DNA from: an uncultured delta proteobacterium
Lineage (GTDB): Bacteria > Myxococcota_A > UBA9160 > SMWR01
Assembly: GCA_963832165.1 (NCBI GenBank)
Contig: CAWHTE010000011.1
Coordinates: forward strand, 544,001-608,000
DNA: 64,000 nucleotides
Direction: 5' to 3'
Position 1 is the first letter of the stretch; each line of letters begins with the position of its first letter. The position numbers and the translations under genes were made by a program. This document shows positions 39,825 through 49,964 of this stretch, piece after piece. The notes beneath the pieces were generated by a model, which did no database searches, had not been told where the DNA came from, and saw only the letters and a list, made by a program, of their open reading frames with translations.

Positions 39825-40847
39825 GTGGAGGGCTACGTCGTCTCGAACGCGGTGGTCGCGCTGCTCGTCGCGGGCGGGCTCTACACGGCCCATGCGGTAC
39901 GCCGCAGCGGCTTCTGGAGCCAGACGCTGCGCGATCTCGTGCGGCGGCGGCCGATCGCGATCGCGGTGATCGCGTTCTTCGTCGCGCTCGGGCTCGCCGA
40001 CTCGGTGGCCTGGATCGACGGCGCGGGCAACGTGTCGGGCGTCGCGGCGCACGAGCCGCGCTCGCTCGTCGACCGCGCGTTCCCGGCCGATTTCCAGGAG
40101 CGCAGCTACTCGGAGCCGCTCGCATTCGAGGAGTTCTACGGCGGGCAGGGGCTGCGCCACCCGGGCCAGCACTGGTTCGGCACCGACATCCTCGGCCGCG
40201 ACGTGATGCACCAGACGCTCAAGGGTGCGCGCGTGGCGCTGCTGCTCGGCGGGCTCACGAGCCTGATCGTGATCCCGCTCGCGCTGTTCTTCGGGATGGC
40301 GGCGGGCTATTTCGGCGGACGCATCGACGACGCGGTGTTCTTCGTGATCTCCACGTTGGCCTCGATCCCGAGCCTGCTCTTGTTGATCGCGCTGATCATG
40401 GTGCTCGGCCGCGGTCCGCTGCAGGTGTGCTTCGCGATGGGCGTCACGAGCTGGGTCGGCTTTTCCCGGGTGATCCGCGGCGAGACGCTCAAGCTGCGCG
40501 AGCTCGACTACGTGGCGGCCGCGCGCGCGCTCGGCGCATCCGAGATGCGCATCCTCTTGCGCCACATCCTGCCCAACCTGATGCATCTGGTCGTGATCAC
40601 GTTCGTGCTGCTGTTCTCGGGCATGGTGCTGTCCGAGGCGATCCTGTCGTTCCTGGGCATCGGCCTCGACGGCAGCTGGGGGCAGATGATCGACCAGGCG
40701 CGCGACGAGCTCGCGCGCGACCCGATCATCTACTGGAATCTCGCGTCCGCTTCCGCGGCGCTGTTCGCGCTGATCCTGTCGGTGAACCTGGTCGGTGACG
40801 CGATGCGCGACATCCTCGACCCGCGCACGGTCCGGGAGAACCTGTGA
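39825..40847 (+). CDS. ABC peptide transporter permease (OppC/DppC-like)
   Basis: HWFGTDILGRD, YVAAARALGA, HILPN, GDAMRDILDPR. Confidence 0.9.
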   Translation: MEGYVVSNAVVALLVAGGLYTAHAVRRSGFWSQTLRDLVRRRPIAIAVIAFFVALGLADSVAWIDGAGNVSGVAAHEPRSLVDRAFPADFQERSYSEPLAFEEFYGGQGLRHPGQHWFGTDILGRDVMHQTLKGARVALLLGGLTSLIVIPLALFFGMAAGYFGGRIDDAVFFVISTLASIPSLLLLIALIMVLGRGPLQVCFAMGVTSWVGFSRVIRGETLKLRELDYVAAARALGASEMRILLRHILPNLMHLVVITFVLLFSGMVLSEAILSFLGIGLDGSWGQMIDQARDELARDPIIYWNLASASAALFALILSVNLVGDAMRDILDPRTVRENL

Positions 40848-41830
40848 ACACGGGCCGCGTGCTCGAGGTGCAGGATCTGGTCACGACGTTCCCTTCGGAG
40901 AACGGCCGGGCCGCGGTCGTGGACGGGATCTCGCTGCAGATCTCCGCGGGTGAGGTGCTCGCGCTCGTCGGCGAGTCGGGCTGCGGCAAGTCGATGACTG
41001 CGCTGTCGATCCTGCGCCTCGTGCCGAAGCCGGGGCGGGTCGAGTCGGGGCGCATCGTGCTGGGCGGGCGCGACCTCGCCGAGCTCTCGGTGACCCAGAT
41101 GCGCGCGGTCCGCGGATCCGAAGCCGCGATGATCTTCCAGGAGCCGATGACGAGTCTGAACCCCGTGCAGACGGTCGGCGCGCAGGTGGTCGAGGCGATC
41201 CGGCTGCACGAGAAGGTGACCGCGGCCGCCGCGCGCAAGCGCTGCGTCGAGCTGTTCGAGCGCGTCGGGATCCCCGACGCCGACGCGCGCTTCGAGAGCT
41301 TCCCGCACCAGCTCTCGGGAGGGCTCAAACAGCGCGTGATGATCGCGATGGCGCTCTCGATGCAGCCGAAGCTCCTGATCGCAGACGAGCCGACCACCGC
41401 GCTCGACGTCACGATCCAGGCGCAGCTGCTCGACGTCCTGCGCGAGATCCGCGATCGCTTTGGCATGGCGATCCTGTTGATCACGCACAACCTCGGCGTG
41501 GTCAACGAGCTCGCCGACCGCATCACCGTGATGTACGCGGGCCAGGTGGCGGAGGAGGGCACGCGCGAGGAGCTGCTCGCCCATCCGCGCCATCCCTACA
41601 CGCAGCGCCTGCTCGCGTCGATTCCGTCGCGCAGCCGGCGCGGCGAGCCGCTCGCGGAGATCCCGGGCGTGGTGCCGTCGCCGGGCGAGTGGCCGGCCGG
41701 ATGCCGCTTCACCACGCGGTGTCACCGCGCATTCGAGCCGTGTGCCGGGGTCGTCCCGCGCGCGACGCTCCTCTCCGATACGCACCGCGCGTTCTGTCAC
41801 GCCGTTGCGCTCGAAGAAGGCCGAGAATGA
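40844..41830 (+). CDS. ABC peptide transporter ATPase (OppD/DppD-like)
   Basis: [33 protein letters not shown]. Confidence 0.92.
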   Translation: MNTGRVLEVQDLVTTFPSENGRAAVVDGISLQISAGEVLALVGESGCGKSMTALSILRLVPKPGRVESGRIVLGGRDLAELSVTQMRAVRGSEAAMIFQEPMTSLNPVQTVGAQVVEAIRLHEKVTAAAARKRCVELFERVGIPDADARFESFPHQLSGGLKQRVMIAMALSMQPKLLIADEPTTALDVTIQAQLLDVLREIRDRFGMAILLITHNLGVVNELADRITVMYAGQVAEEGTREELLAHPRHPYTQRLLASIPSRSRRGEPLAEIPGVVPSPGEWPAGCRFTTRCHRAFEPCAGVVPRATLLSDTHRAFCHAVALEEGRE

Positions 41831-42840
41831 ACCGCGGAGAGGTGCTGCTGCGCGTCGAGGGCCTGCGCACGTGGTTCCCGATCCGCAAGGGTCTGTTCCA
41901 GCGCACGGTCGGGCACGTGCGCGCGGTGGACGGCGTCGACCTCGAGATCCGCCGCGGCGAGACGCTCGCGCTCGTCGGCGAATCGGGCTGTGGCAAGACC
42001 ACGGTCGGGCGATCGATCCTGCGGCTCGTCGAGCCGACCGCCGGGAAGATCTGGTTCGAGGGCGTCGACCTCGCGCGGCTCTCGCGCGCGGCGCTGCGGC
42101 CGTATCGGCGCTCGATCCAGATCGTGTTCCAGGATCCGCTCGGATCGCTCGACCCGCGCGTGCGCGTGCGCGATGCCGTCGCGGAGGGCATGGAGACGTT
42201 CGCGATCGGCGCGAGCGATCGCGAGCGCACCGAGCGCGTCGCCGCCGCCCTCGAGCGCGTACAGCTCGATCCGCGCCAGATGTGGCGCTACCCGCACGAG
42301 TTCTCGGGCGGTCAGCGCCAGCGCATCTGCATCGCGCGCGCGCTCGCCGTGGAGCCGCGTCTGATCATCTGCGACGAGGCGACCTCCGCGCTCGACGTCT
42401 CGATCCAGGCGCAGATCTTGAACCTGCTCCAGCGCCTTCAGGAGGAGCTCGGGCTCACCTATCTCTTCATCGCGCACGATCTGGGCGTCGTCCGCTACCT
42501 CGCCGACCGCGTGTCGGTGATGTACCTCGGCCAGATCGCGGAGGAGGGCGCCACCGAGCGGATCTTCACCGACCCGCGCCATCCCTATACGCGAGCGCTG
42601 CTCGCGGCGGTGCCGTCGATCGATCCTGCCCGGCGCGGCACGCAGGTTCGCCTCGCGGGCGACGTGCCCTCACCGTCGTCGCCACCGCCGGGCTGCCGCT
42701 TCCACACGCGCTGTCCCGAGGTGTTCGACCGCTGCCGTGTCGAAGAGCCCACGAGCTATGCGGTAGCGGACGGCGTGAGCCGCTGCTTCCTGTCCGATGC
42801 TGACGGCGAAGCATCGCGGGCATCGCGCGCGCCGAGCTGA
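41827..42840 (+). CDS. ABC peptide transporter ATPase (OppF/DppF-like)
   Basis: [31 protein letters not shown]. Confidence 0.92.
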   Translation: MNRGEVLLRVEGLRTWFPIRKGLFQRTVGHVRAVDGVDLEIRRGETLALVGESGCGKTTVGRSILRLVEPTAGKIWFEGVDLARLSRAALRPYRRSIQIVFQDPLGSLDPRVRVRDAVAEGMETFAIGASDRERTERVAAALERVQLDPRQMWRYPHEFSGGQRQRICIARALAVEPRLIICDEATSALDVSIQAQILNLLQRLQEELGLTYLFIAHDLGVVRYLADRVSVMYLGQIAEEGATERIFTDPRHPYTRALLAAVPSIDPARRGTQVRLAGDVPSPSSPPPGCRFHTRCPEVFDRCRVEEPTSYAVADGVSRCFLSDADGEASRASRAPS

Positions 42841-42853
42841 TATACGAACACAG

Positions 42854-43765
42854 ATGCGGATCGACCCCGCGCAGATCGAGATCGCCTCCCTCACGGACGT
42901 GGGACGCCAGCGCTCGAACAACCAGGATGCGTACGGCGTGGGCCATGGGCGCTCGGGCGCGCGCTGGATCATGGTGGCCGATGGCATGGGCGGGCACGCG
43001 GGCGGCGCGACCGCGAGTCGCGTGGCCGTGGAGACGGTGACCTCGGTGGTGGCGAGCTCGCAGCTCGCGCCCGACGTGACGCTGCGCGCTGCGCTCGAGG
43101 CGGCGAATCGCGTCGTGCACGCCGAAGCGCAGCGCACCGAGGGGCTCGCGGGCATGGGCACCACGGGCGTGGCCGCGCTGTTCTCTCCGGATGGCGTCGC
43201 GTTCGTCGCGAACGTCGGCGACAGCCGCGCCTATCGCATGCGAGACGGAGCGCTCCAGCAGATCACGCTCGATCACTCGCTGGTCGCGGAGCTGCAGCGG
43301 CGCGGCATGATCACCGAGGAGGAGGCGCTCGTGCACCCGCGGCGCAACGAGGTGTTGCGCTCGCTCGGCGTCGAGCCCGAGGTGGTGGTCGACCTGCACC
43401 AGCTCGACCTCGCGCCCGGCGACGTGTTCCTGCTGTGCTCGGACGGACTCTCAGGTGTGGTGCGCGACGCGGAGATCGCCGACGTGATTCACCGCGAGCC
43501 GCCCGCCCAGGCGGCTCGCACGCTGGTCGACTTCGCGAACAGCCGCGGCGGTCCCGACAACATCACGGTCCAGATCGCGCGTATTCCGGCGCCGGAGCCG
43601 CAGCGCGCCGCGAGCGGCAGCGAGCCGCATCACTCGCGCTCGATCACGTTCGGGCTGGTCGGGTTGGCCGCGCTGCTCGCGGGCATCCTCGCGTGGTCGC
43701 TGTTCGGTGAGTTCCAGCGCGCGTCCAACCACCGCTCGCCACCGTCTGTGAACAGCGCGGACTAG
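42854..43765 (+). CDS. Membrane-anchored PP2C Ser/Thr phosphatase (Stp1-like)
   Basis: TDVGRQRSNNQD, VADGMGGH, NVGDSRAY, LLCSDGL, GGPDNIT; C-terminal TM. Confidence 0.92.
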   Translation: MRIDPAQIEIASLTDVGRQRSNNQDAYGVGHGRSGARWIMVADGMGGHAGGATASRVAVETVTSVVASSQLAPDVTLRAALEAANRVVHAEAQRTEGLAGMGTTGVAALFSPDGVAFVANVGDSRAYRMRDGALQQITLDHSLVAELQRRGMITEEEALVHPRRNEVLRSLGVEPEVVVDLHQLDLAPGDVFLLCSDGLSGVVRDAEIADVIHREPPAQAARTLVDFANSRGGPDNITVQIARIPAPEPQRAASGSEPHHSRSITFGLVGLAALLAGILAWSLFGEFQRASNHRSPPSVNSAD

Positions 43766-44823
43766 CCCGAGCGCAGCCGGCGATCGTCGGACGCGTCGGC
43801 GATCGCGAGCGCGCGCTGCGCGAGCGCTTCGGCGGAGCGGCTCATCTTCTCGAAGCCGCGGCCGGCGGTCTTGCCGAGCTGGAAGCGCTTCAGGATGCCT
43901 TCGGCGATCACGGCGAGCTTGGTCAGCGCGAGCACCTGGTAGAAGTCGATCTGCGCGAGATCGCGGCCGCTCGCGGCGGCGTAGGCGGTGGCGACCTCCT
44001 TGCGCGAGAAGAAGCCCGGGTGCGCGGTGACCGAGCCGACCTCCTGGATCGATCCGCGCACGCGCGGATCGCCGGCCTCGACCCAGTAGATCAGCGTGTA
44101 GCCGACGTCCGCGAGCGGATCGCCCAGCGTCGCCATCTCCCAGTCGTAGATGGCGATCACGCGACCCGGGTCGCGTGGATCGAGCGCGAGATTCCCGAAG
44201 CGGTAGTCGCCGTGCACGAGCGTGGCGTCGGAGTGCGCAGGCAGCGCGCGCTCGAGTCGCGCGAGCAACGCCTCGATCTCGGGCAGCGGCGCGGTTCGGT
44301 TGGCCTCCCACTGCGTGCGCCAGCGGCGCAGCTGCCGCTCGAGGTAGCCGTCGGGGCGACCGAAGTCGGCGAGCCCCACCGCGGCGATGTCCACGCGGTG
44401 CAGCGCGACGAGCGTATCCACGAGCGCGCGGCTCGCGCGCGCTCGGTCGTCCGGCGTGTCGAGATAGCCCGGCGGCAGCTCGTTCTGGAGCACGACTCCG
44501 GGCCGATACTCCATGACGTAGAACGGGTAGTCGTTGACCGACGCGTCTTCGCATAGCGCGATCGGACGCGGGACGGGCACATCGCTGTCCGCGAGCGCCG
44601 CGAGCACGCGAAACTCGCGGCGCATGTCGTGTGCCGTGGGCAGCACGTGGCCGAGCGGCGGACGCCGCAGCGCGACGCTGCGCTCGCCCATGTCGACGCG
44701 ATAGGTGAGGTTGGAGCGACCGTCGCCGATCAGCTCGAAGCGCAGCGGCGCGTCGCCGCCCGGCACGGACTCGCGGAAGAAGCGCGTCACGCTCTCGAGC
44801 CGTATGCCGGGAAGAGTTTCCAC
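43762..44823 (-). CDS. Phosphotransferase family protein (APH/ACAD10-11-like)
   Basis: GRSNLTY, LRRPPLG...AHDMRRE, HGDYRFGN, DWEMATLGDP. Confidence 0.88.
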   Translation of the reverse strand: METLPGIRLESVTRFFRESVPGGDAPLRFELIGDGRSNLTYRVDMGERSVALRRPPLGHVLPTAHDMRREFRVLAALADSDVPVPRPIALCEDASVNDYPFYVMEYRPGVVLQNELPPGYLDTPDDRARASRALVDTLVALHRVDIAAVGLADFGRPDGYLERQLRRWRTQWEANRTAPLPEIEALLARLERALPAHSDATLVHGDYRFGNLALDPRDPGRVIAIYDWEMATLGDPLADVGYTLIYWVEAGDPRVRGSIQEVGSVTAHPGFFSRKEVATAYAAASGRDLAQIDFYQVLALTKLAVIAEGILKRFQLGKTAGRGFEKMSRSAEALAQRALAIADASDDRRLRSG

Positions 44824-44892
44824 CGCGCCGCATGCTACCGTGCACAGCCCCGGGGATTCGAGCCCGAGACCCCGAGTCCAAGGAGGGCCCCC

Positions 44893-45204
44893 ATGCGGCT
44901 CGAATTCCGATTCGAACTCTCCCAGCTCGAGGTGCCGCGCTTCGCGGTCGAGGCGATCGAGGGGATCGGAAAGCTGTTCACGCTCGCCACGTTGGTGCTG
45001 AACGTCCTCGCCACCAAGGAGCGCGTCGAGATCGTGTTCCATGGTTTGAACCCCGAAGATCCCGAGTCGAAGATCGCGGCGTTCCGCGAGATCATTCGCG
45101 GCAGCCGCGACGCGCGCGAGCTGCGCTACGAGCTCGGCAGCGGCGGACACATCACGGGCTCGTCGAGCTACTACCGCTGGGTCACGATCAGCTTCGCGAA
45201 GTAG
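44893..45204 (+). CDS. Small hypothetical protein (103 aa)
   Basis: AGGAGG at 44881, ATG at 44893, GC3-rich codons, fills a gap between genes. Confidence 0.65.
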   Translation: MRLEFRFELSQLEVPRFAVEAIEGIGKLFTLATLVLNVLATKERVEIVFHGLNPEDPESKIAAFREIIRGSRDARELRYELGSGGHITGSSSYYRWVTISFAK

Positions 45205-45216
45205 GCCGGTCCGGGA

Positions 45217-46425
45217 TCAGGGCCGTCGCACCGGGAAGCGCAGCTGCTCGGGTAGAGTCACGCGCGCAGCGCCTTCGCACAGCGCGATCCCACTCGCGGC
45301 GAGGGCGCGCGTGTCGAAGCCGGCGTCGCGCAGGCGCGCGAGCAGGTCTTCCCGTGTGGCGATGCGACACGCGTCCGTGCGCAGCTCGTTCGCGACGACG
45401 AGCGCCGAGCGCACGGGAATCCCGATGCGCTTCCACTCGACGAACGCGACGGGCGCGACGCAGCCGAGGTCGCTCGCCTCGAGCGCGTGGGCGATCGACC
45501 AGGCGCGGCGCGCGGGGCTGCCGCGCCAGACGTCGCGCAGGGAAGCGCGGTAGCGCCGCACCTCGAACCCCGGAGACGCCGAGCCGGACGCGAGCAGCGC
45601 GCTCGCCGTAACGGCGTCGAACGCGCGCGACACCAGACCGTGTCCCCCCGCGTGCTCGAAGTCCTCGAAGCGACGGCCCGCGCGCAGGCTGCGCCGCGAG
45701 CGGCTCAGGGCGTGAGCGCGCGCGCGTGCGAGTGACGCGCGGCCCACCGCGCGCACGCGCTCGCGGCTTTCGGAATCGAACGGGCGCTCGAGGCCGAGCG
45801 CGGCGGCGCGCAGCCGCACGCGATCGCCGCGCACGAGCAGCCGGCGCAGCGAATGGTCGAGACGGCCGAGGTCGCGCAAGCGCGCCGCCTCGCCATGCGA
45901 GCGGCGGGCCGCCTGCAGGTCGATCAGCACGGGCGCGCCGTTCGCGACGAGGATGTTCTCGCGGTGCAGGTCGCGGTGCACCCAGCCCGCGTCGTGCAGC
46001 GCGCGCACGAGCGCGCCGAGTGCGGCGAGCAGGGGCCGACGCTGTGCGGCGTCCGCGAGCGCTTCGGCGAGCGGAACGCCCGCGATCCACTCCGTGACGA
46101 GCACGTGCTCTCGGGACGGGAGCCGCACGTGCGCGAGCGGCGCCGGCACGGACACGCCCGCCGCGCGCAGCCGCGCGAACGTGCGCCACTCGCGCCGCGC
46201 GGTCGCGAGCCCGAGACGTTCCTTCCACGCGTCGCGCGTCGCGTGGCGATCGCTCGAGACGTAGTGCTTCACGAAGCAGGAGCGTCCGCCCGCGAGCGGT
46301 ACGCGCGCAATCCGCCGGCGATCGGCGCGTCGGCGCAGCCACTCCACGCCCTCGTCACGGGTGAGGCGCGCGATCGCCTCCTCGAGCTCGGCGCGCCGCG
46401 AGGCGTCCCCTGCCAACCACTCCAC
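45217..46425 (-). CDS. Lipopolysaccharide kinase (Kdo/WaaP/InaA) family protein
   Basis: FVKHY, ARREW, GVSVPAPL, HRDLHRENIL, LIDL; degenerate second kinase-like half. Confidence 0.8.
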   Translation of the reverse strand: MEWLAGDASRRAELEEAIARLTRDEGVEWLRRRADRRRIARVPLAGGRSCFVKHYVSSDRHATRDAWKERLGLATARREWRTFARLRAAGVSVPAPLAHVRLPSREHVLVTEWIAGVPLAEALADAAQRRPLLAALGALVRALHDAGWVHRDLHRENILVANGAPVLIDLQAARRSHGEAARLRDLGRLDHSLRRLLVRGDRVRLRAAALGLERPFDSESRERVRAVGRASLARARAHALSRSRRSLRAGRRFEDFEHAGGHGLVSRAFDAVTASALLASGSASPGFEVRRYRASLRDVWRGSPARRAWSIAHALEASDLGCVAPVAFVEWKRIGIPVRSALVVANELRTDACRIATREDLLARLRDAGFDTRALAASGIALCEGAARVTLPEQLRFPVRRP

Positions 46426-46431
46426 TGAGCG

Positions 46432-46662
46432 TCAGCGGGGCTCGCGGCGACGCGCCGCGATCGCGACGATCACCACTGCGGCGGCGAATCCCGCGCCATG
46501 GCCGATCGCGCTCTCGCGCGCGGGACAGAACGCGCCGGCTCGTTCGCTCGCCACCACCGGGAGCGGAGGACCCGGGATCGCGTCCGCGGAGGCGGTCGCG
46601 GCACACAAGAGCGCCGCGGCGATCACGCCGGCCCGTGACGGCAGGGACGGGGAAAAACCCAT
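46432..46662 (-). CDS. Small exported protein with C-terminal TM and basic tail
   Basis: 76 aa: signal peptide ending ASA, Pro-rich core, GAFC...AAAVVIVAIAARRR. Confidence 0.45.
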   Translation of the reverse strand: MGFSPSLPSRAGVIAAALLCAATASADAIPGPPLPVVASERAGAFCPARESAIGHGAGFAAAVVIVAIAARRREPR

Positions 46663-46728
46663 ACAGCAGGCGAGGATAGTGGCTCGGAGTCGAAGCGCCA
46701 TCCAGCGCGCCGCGGGCCCGCCGCGGCA

Positions 46729-46756
46729 TTGCAAAGGCGGTCGCGGCTCGTATAGT
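46729..46756 (+). promoter_or_regulatory. Putative sigma70 promoter for the Gld-like ABC operon
   Basis: TTGCAA-N16-TATAGT about 60 bp upstream of the ATG at 46819. Confidence 0.45.
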
Positions 46757-46818
46757 ACGCCCCGCCGACGACGGGACCTATCAATGCCCGCTCCATCGAC
46801 GCGGGAGACCGGCGATTC

Positions 46819-47568
46819 ATGATCGAGGCCACCAACCTCTCGAAGCGCTACGGGGACATCACCGCGGTCGACGGTGTCTCGTTCTCGGTGGAGCGCGGTG
46901 AGGTGGTGGGCTTCCTCGGGCCGAACGGCGCGGGCAAGACCACCACGATGCGGATGCTGACGGGCTTTCTGCCGCCGACCGACGGCAGCGCCAAGATCTG
47001 CGGGCACGACATCTTCGAGGCGCCGCTCGAGGCGCGGCGCGCAATCGGCTACCTGCCCGAATCGCCGCCGCTCTATCCCGAGATGTCGGTGTTCTCGTAC
47101 GTCGACTACGTGGCGCGGATCAAGGACGTCCCGCGCCGCGAGCGTCGCGCCAAGGTGGAGCGCGCGCTCGAGCGCTGCGGTCTCGCGGCGGTGTCGCGGC
47201 GCGTGATCGGGACGCTCTCGAAGGGCTACCGGCAGCGTGTCGGGCTCGCGCAGGCCATCGTGCACGAGCCGCCCGTGCTGATCCTCGACGAGCCCACGAT
47301 CGGTCTCGATCCGATCCAGATCGGCGAGATCCGCGCGCTGATCGCCGAGCTCGCCCGCGGCAGCGGCGGCGAAGCGCAGCACACCGTGATCCTCTCCACG
47401 CACATCCTGCCCGAGGTGGAGGCGATCTGCCGGCGCGTCGTGATGATCAACCAGGGCCGCAAGACGATCGATGCGCCGCTCGCCGAGCTCACGAAGGACG
47501 GCCGCGGCCTCGAAGAGCTGTTCGCGCGCCAGGTCGCGTCGGACGCCGCCGCGCTGGATCAGCCGTGA
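46819..47568 (+). CDS. ABC-2 ATP-binding protein (GldA-like)
   Basis: GFLGPNGAGKTTTMR, GYLPE, LSKGYRQRVGLAQA, STHILPEV. Confidence 0.9.
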   Translation: MIEATNLSKRYGDITAVDGVSFSVERGEVVGFLGPNGAGKTTTMRMLTGFLPPTDGSAKICGHDIFEAPLEARRAIGYLPESPPLYPEMSVFSYVDYVARIKDVPRRERRAKVERALERCGLAAVSRRVIGTLSKGYRQRVGLAQAIVHEPPVLILDEPTIGLDPIQIGEIRALIAELARGSGGEAQHTVILSTHILPEVEAICRRVVMINQGRKTIDAPLAELTKDGRGLEELFARQVASDAAALDQP

Positions 47569-48350
47569 AGCACGTGCAGACGGTCGCCTGGCGCGAGCTC
47601 CGCTCGCTGTTCGTGTCGCCGGTGGCCTACGGCGTGCTCTCGCTGTTTGCGGTGCTCGCGGGCCTGTTCTTCATCCTCGGCGTGGCCGCGTTCAACACCT
47701 GGGTGCTCCAGCTCCAGCAGTTCCAGGCGTTCGATCAGCTCGAGAAGATCAACCTCTCCGATCACCTCGTCGCGCAGTTCTACGACTCGGTCGGGGTCGT
47801 GCTGCTGTTCCTCGTGCCCGGGATCACGATGGGCCTGTTCGCGGCCGAGAAGACCAACGGCACGCAGGAGCTCCTGCTCACGAGCCCGCTCACGATCTGG
47901 GACGTCGTGCTCGGCAAGTTCGCTGCGGGCGCGGCCTTCATCGCGATCCTCGTGGCGATGGTCGCCGCGTTTCCGGGGCTCTTGTTCATCTACGGCGACC
48001 CCGAGATCGGCAAGACCGTGTCGGGCCTGCTGGGTCTCCTGTTCGTGGGCTGGACCTACGTCGCGATCGGCGCGTTCGCGTCCTCGGTGACGCGCAGCCA
48101 GGTGGTGAGCTTCCTGATCGCGTTCGTGCTGCTCTTGTGTCTCTTGCTCGCGCCCGCGCTCGCGGAGCTCGGTGTGCTCGGCGGCTCGGGTGGACTCGGC
48201 GGCGCGCTCGCCTGGGTGTCGACCGGCGAGCACTTCCAGCAGATGCTCAAGGGCCTCGTCGACACCAGCGACCTGGTCTACTTCGTCGTGATCATCGGCT
48301 CGTTCCTGCTGCTCACCAAGGCCAGCGTCGAGTCGGTGCGCTGGCGTTAG
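47565..48350 (+). CDS. ABC-2 permease (GldF-like)
   Basis: RELRSLFVSPVAY, TMGLFAAEKTNGTQELLLT, SSVTRSQ, DLVYF. Confidence 0.88.
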   Translation: MKHVQTVAWRELRSLFVSPVAYGVLSLFAVLAGLFFILGVAAFNTWVLQLQQFQAFDQLEKINLSDHLVAQFYDSVGVVLLFLVPGITMGLFAAEKTNGTQELLLTSPLTIWDVVLGKFAAGAAFIAILVAMVAAFPGLLFIYGDPEIGKTVSGLLGLLFVGWTYVAIGAFASSVTRSQVVSFLIAFVLLLCLLLAPALAELGVLGGSGGLGGALAWVSTGEHFQQMLKGLVDTSDLVYFVVIIGSFLLLTKASVESVRWR

Positions 48351-48368
48351 GCAGACAGGAGTACGCCC

Positions 48369-49961
48369 ATGCCCGGACTGCCTCCGCTGCTCGCCGCGCT
48401 CGGTGTGGTGGGAATCGGCTTCTCGCTGCTCTCGTTCGTGATCGTGATCGCGAGCGGTGCCGGCATCTCGTCGGACCTCGGGTGGATCGGCGGGAACCTC
48501 GTGATCGGACTCGTGCTGCTCGTCACGGCCGCCGCGATGAACATCGACGCGCTGCGCGAGCGGATGTCGTCGGGAGAGGCGCGCCGCGCAGGCAAGTACG
48601 GCACGAGCGCCGTGCTCTCCACGCTGCTCGGCATCGCGCTGCTCGGCATGCTCGGCTTCCTGGGCACGCGCTATCACCATCGCTTCGACTGGAGCGAGCA
48701 GAAGGTCCACACGCTCTCGGACCAGACGAAGAAGGTGCTCGAGGGGCTCGAGCAGGACGTCGACGTCACGGTGCTCGTGAGCTCGATCGATCAGGCGCCC
48801 GTGCGCGAGCTGCTCGACCGCTACACCTACGTGAGTCCGCGCTTCCGCGTCGAATACGCCGACCCGAACGAGCGGCCGGGCCTGCTCGAGGAATTCGAGA
48901 TCGATGCGGCCAAGCTCGGCGAGCACGGCCTCGTGCGCGTGGCGATCGGCGGTGAAGCCGTCGAGGTGACCCAGATCGACGAGGAGCACGTCACCAACGC
49001 GATGGTCAAGCTGTCGCGCACGGGCGAGAAGGTCGTCTATTTCGTTCAGGGTCACGGCGAAGACGCGATCGAAGGGGAGGACGCTGCGGGGCGCGAGGGC
49101 TTCGCGCGCGCGGCCGACGCGCTGCGCAACGAGAACTACCGCATCGCGCCGCTCCTGCTCGCGAGCGTGAAGGACGTGCCCGAGGACGCCGACGTGGTGA
49201 TCGTCGCGGGTGCGAAGACGCGGATGTTCGACGAGGAGCTCGCGGTGCTCGACCGCTACCTCGCGCGCGGCGGCGCCGTGCTGGCGCTGGTCGATCCGCG
49301 CGTCGCGGGGACCTGGGTCGACAAGCTGCGCGCGTGGGGCGTCGAGCTCGGCAACGACATCGTGATCGACCGCGCGCTCGCACTGTTCGGCCGCGCCGTG
49401 ACGCCGTTCGCGGGCCAGTACGATCCGGAGAATCCGATCACGAGAGACTTTCGCGATGTGCGCAATGACACGGTGATGTTCCACGAGGCGCGGAGCGTGC
49501 GGCCCAGGGACGGGGTCGCGCTCACGTCGATCGTGTTCACGGGCGAGGCGTCGTGGGCCGAGCGCGATCTGGGCCGGCTCGACAGCGAGGGCGCCGCAGC
49601 GATGGACCCCGACGACATCGAGGGGCCCGTGCCCGTGATGGTCGCGGGCACGCCGGTGCTCTCCTCCGCGGAGGCCACTGCCGCGAAGGCGCGCCTCGTG
49701 GTGGTCGGCGATGCGAATTTCGCCTCGAACGAGTACATCGACGCGGGTCGCAATCGCGACCTGTTCCTGAACGCCGCCAACTGGCTGATCGGCGACATCG
49801 AGGCGATCTCGGTGCGGCCGAACACGTCGCGCGCCTCTCGCTTCGAGCTCAGCGCGGAACAGTTCCACTCGATCCGCTCCGCGTCGCTGTTCATCCTGCC
49901 CGAGCTGATCGCGGTGCTCGGCGTGTTCACGTGGTGGTCCCGGCGCCATTCGAAGGCCTAG
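48369..49961 (+). CDS. GldG-like ABC accessory protein
   Basis: RFDWSEQKVHTLS, VYFVQGHGE, YLARGG, LVVVGD, FLNAANWL. Confidence 0.85.
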   Translation: MPGLPPLLAALGVVGIGFSLLSFVIVIASGAGISSDLGWIGGNLVIGLVLLVTAAAMNIDALRERMSSGEARRAGKYGTSAVLSTLLGIALLGMLGFLGTRYHHRFDWSEQKVHTLSDQTKKVLEGLEQDVDVTVLVSSIDQAPVRELLDRYTYVSPRFRVEYADPNERPGLLEEFEIDAAKLGEHGLVRVAIGGEAVEVTQIDEEHVTNAMVKLSRTGEKVVYFVQGHGEDAIEGEDAAGREGFARAADALRNENYRIAPLLLASVKDVPEDADVVIVAGAKTRMFDEELAVLDRYLARGGAVLALVDPRVAGTWVDKLRAWGVELGNDIVIDRALALFGRAVTPFAGQYDPENPITRDFRDVRNDTVMFHEARSVRPRDGVALTSIVFTGEASWAERDLGRLDSEGAAAMDPDDIEGPVPVMVAGTPVLSSAEATAAKARLVVVGDANFASNEYIDAGRNRDLFLNAANWLIGDIEAISVRPNTSRASRFELSAEQFHSIRSASLFILPELIAVLGVFTWWSRRHSKA

Positions 49962-49964
49962 CCC

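Noticed and set aside
43762..44823. Aminoglycoside resistance kinase
   Set aside because: Motifs fit the ACAD10/11-like phosphotransferase subfamily; no mobile context
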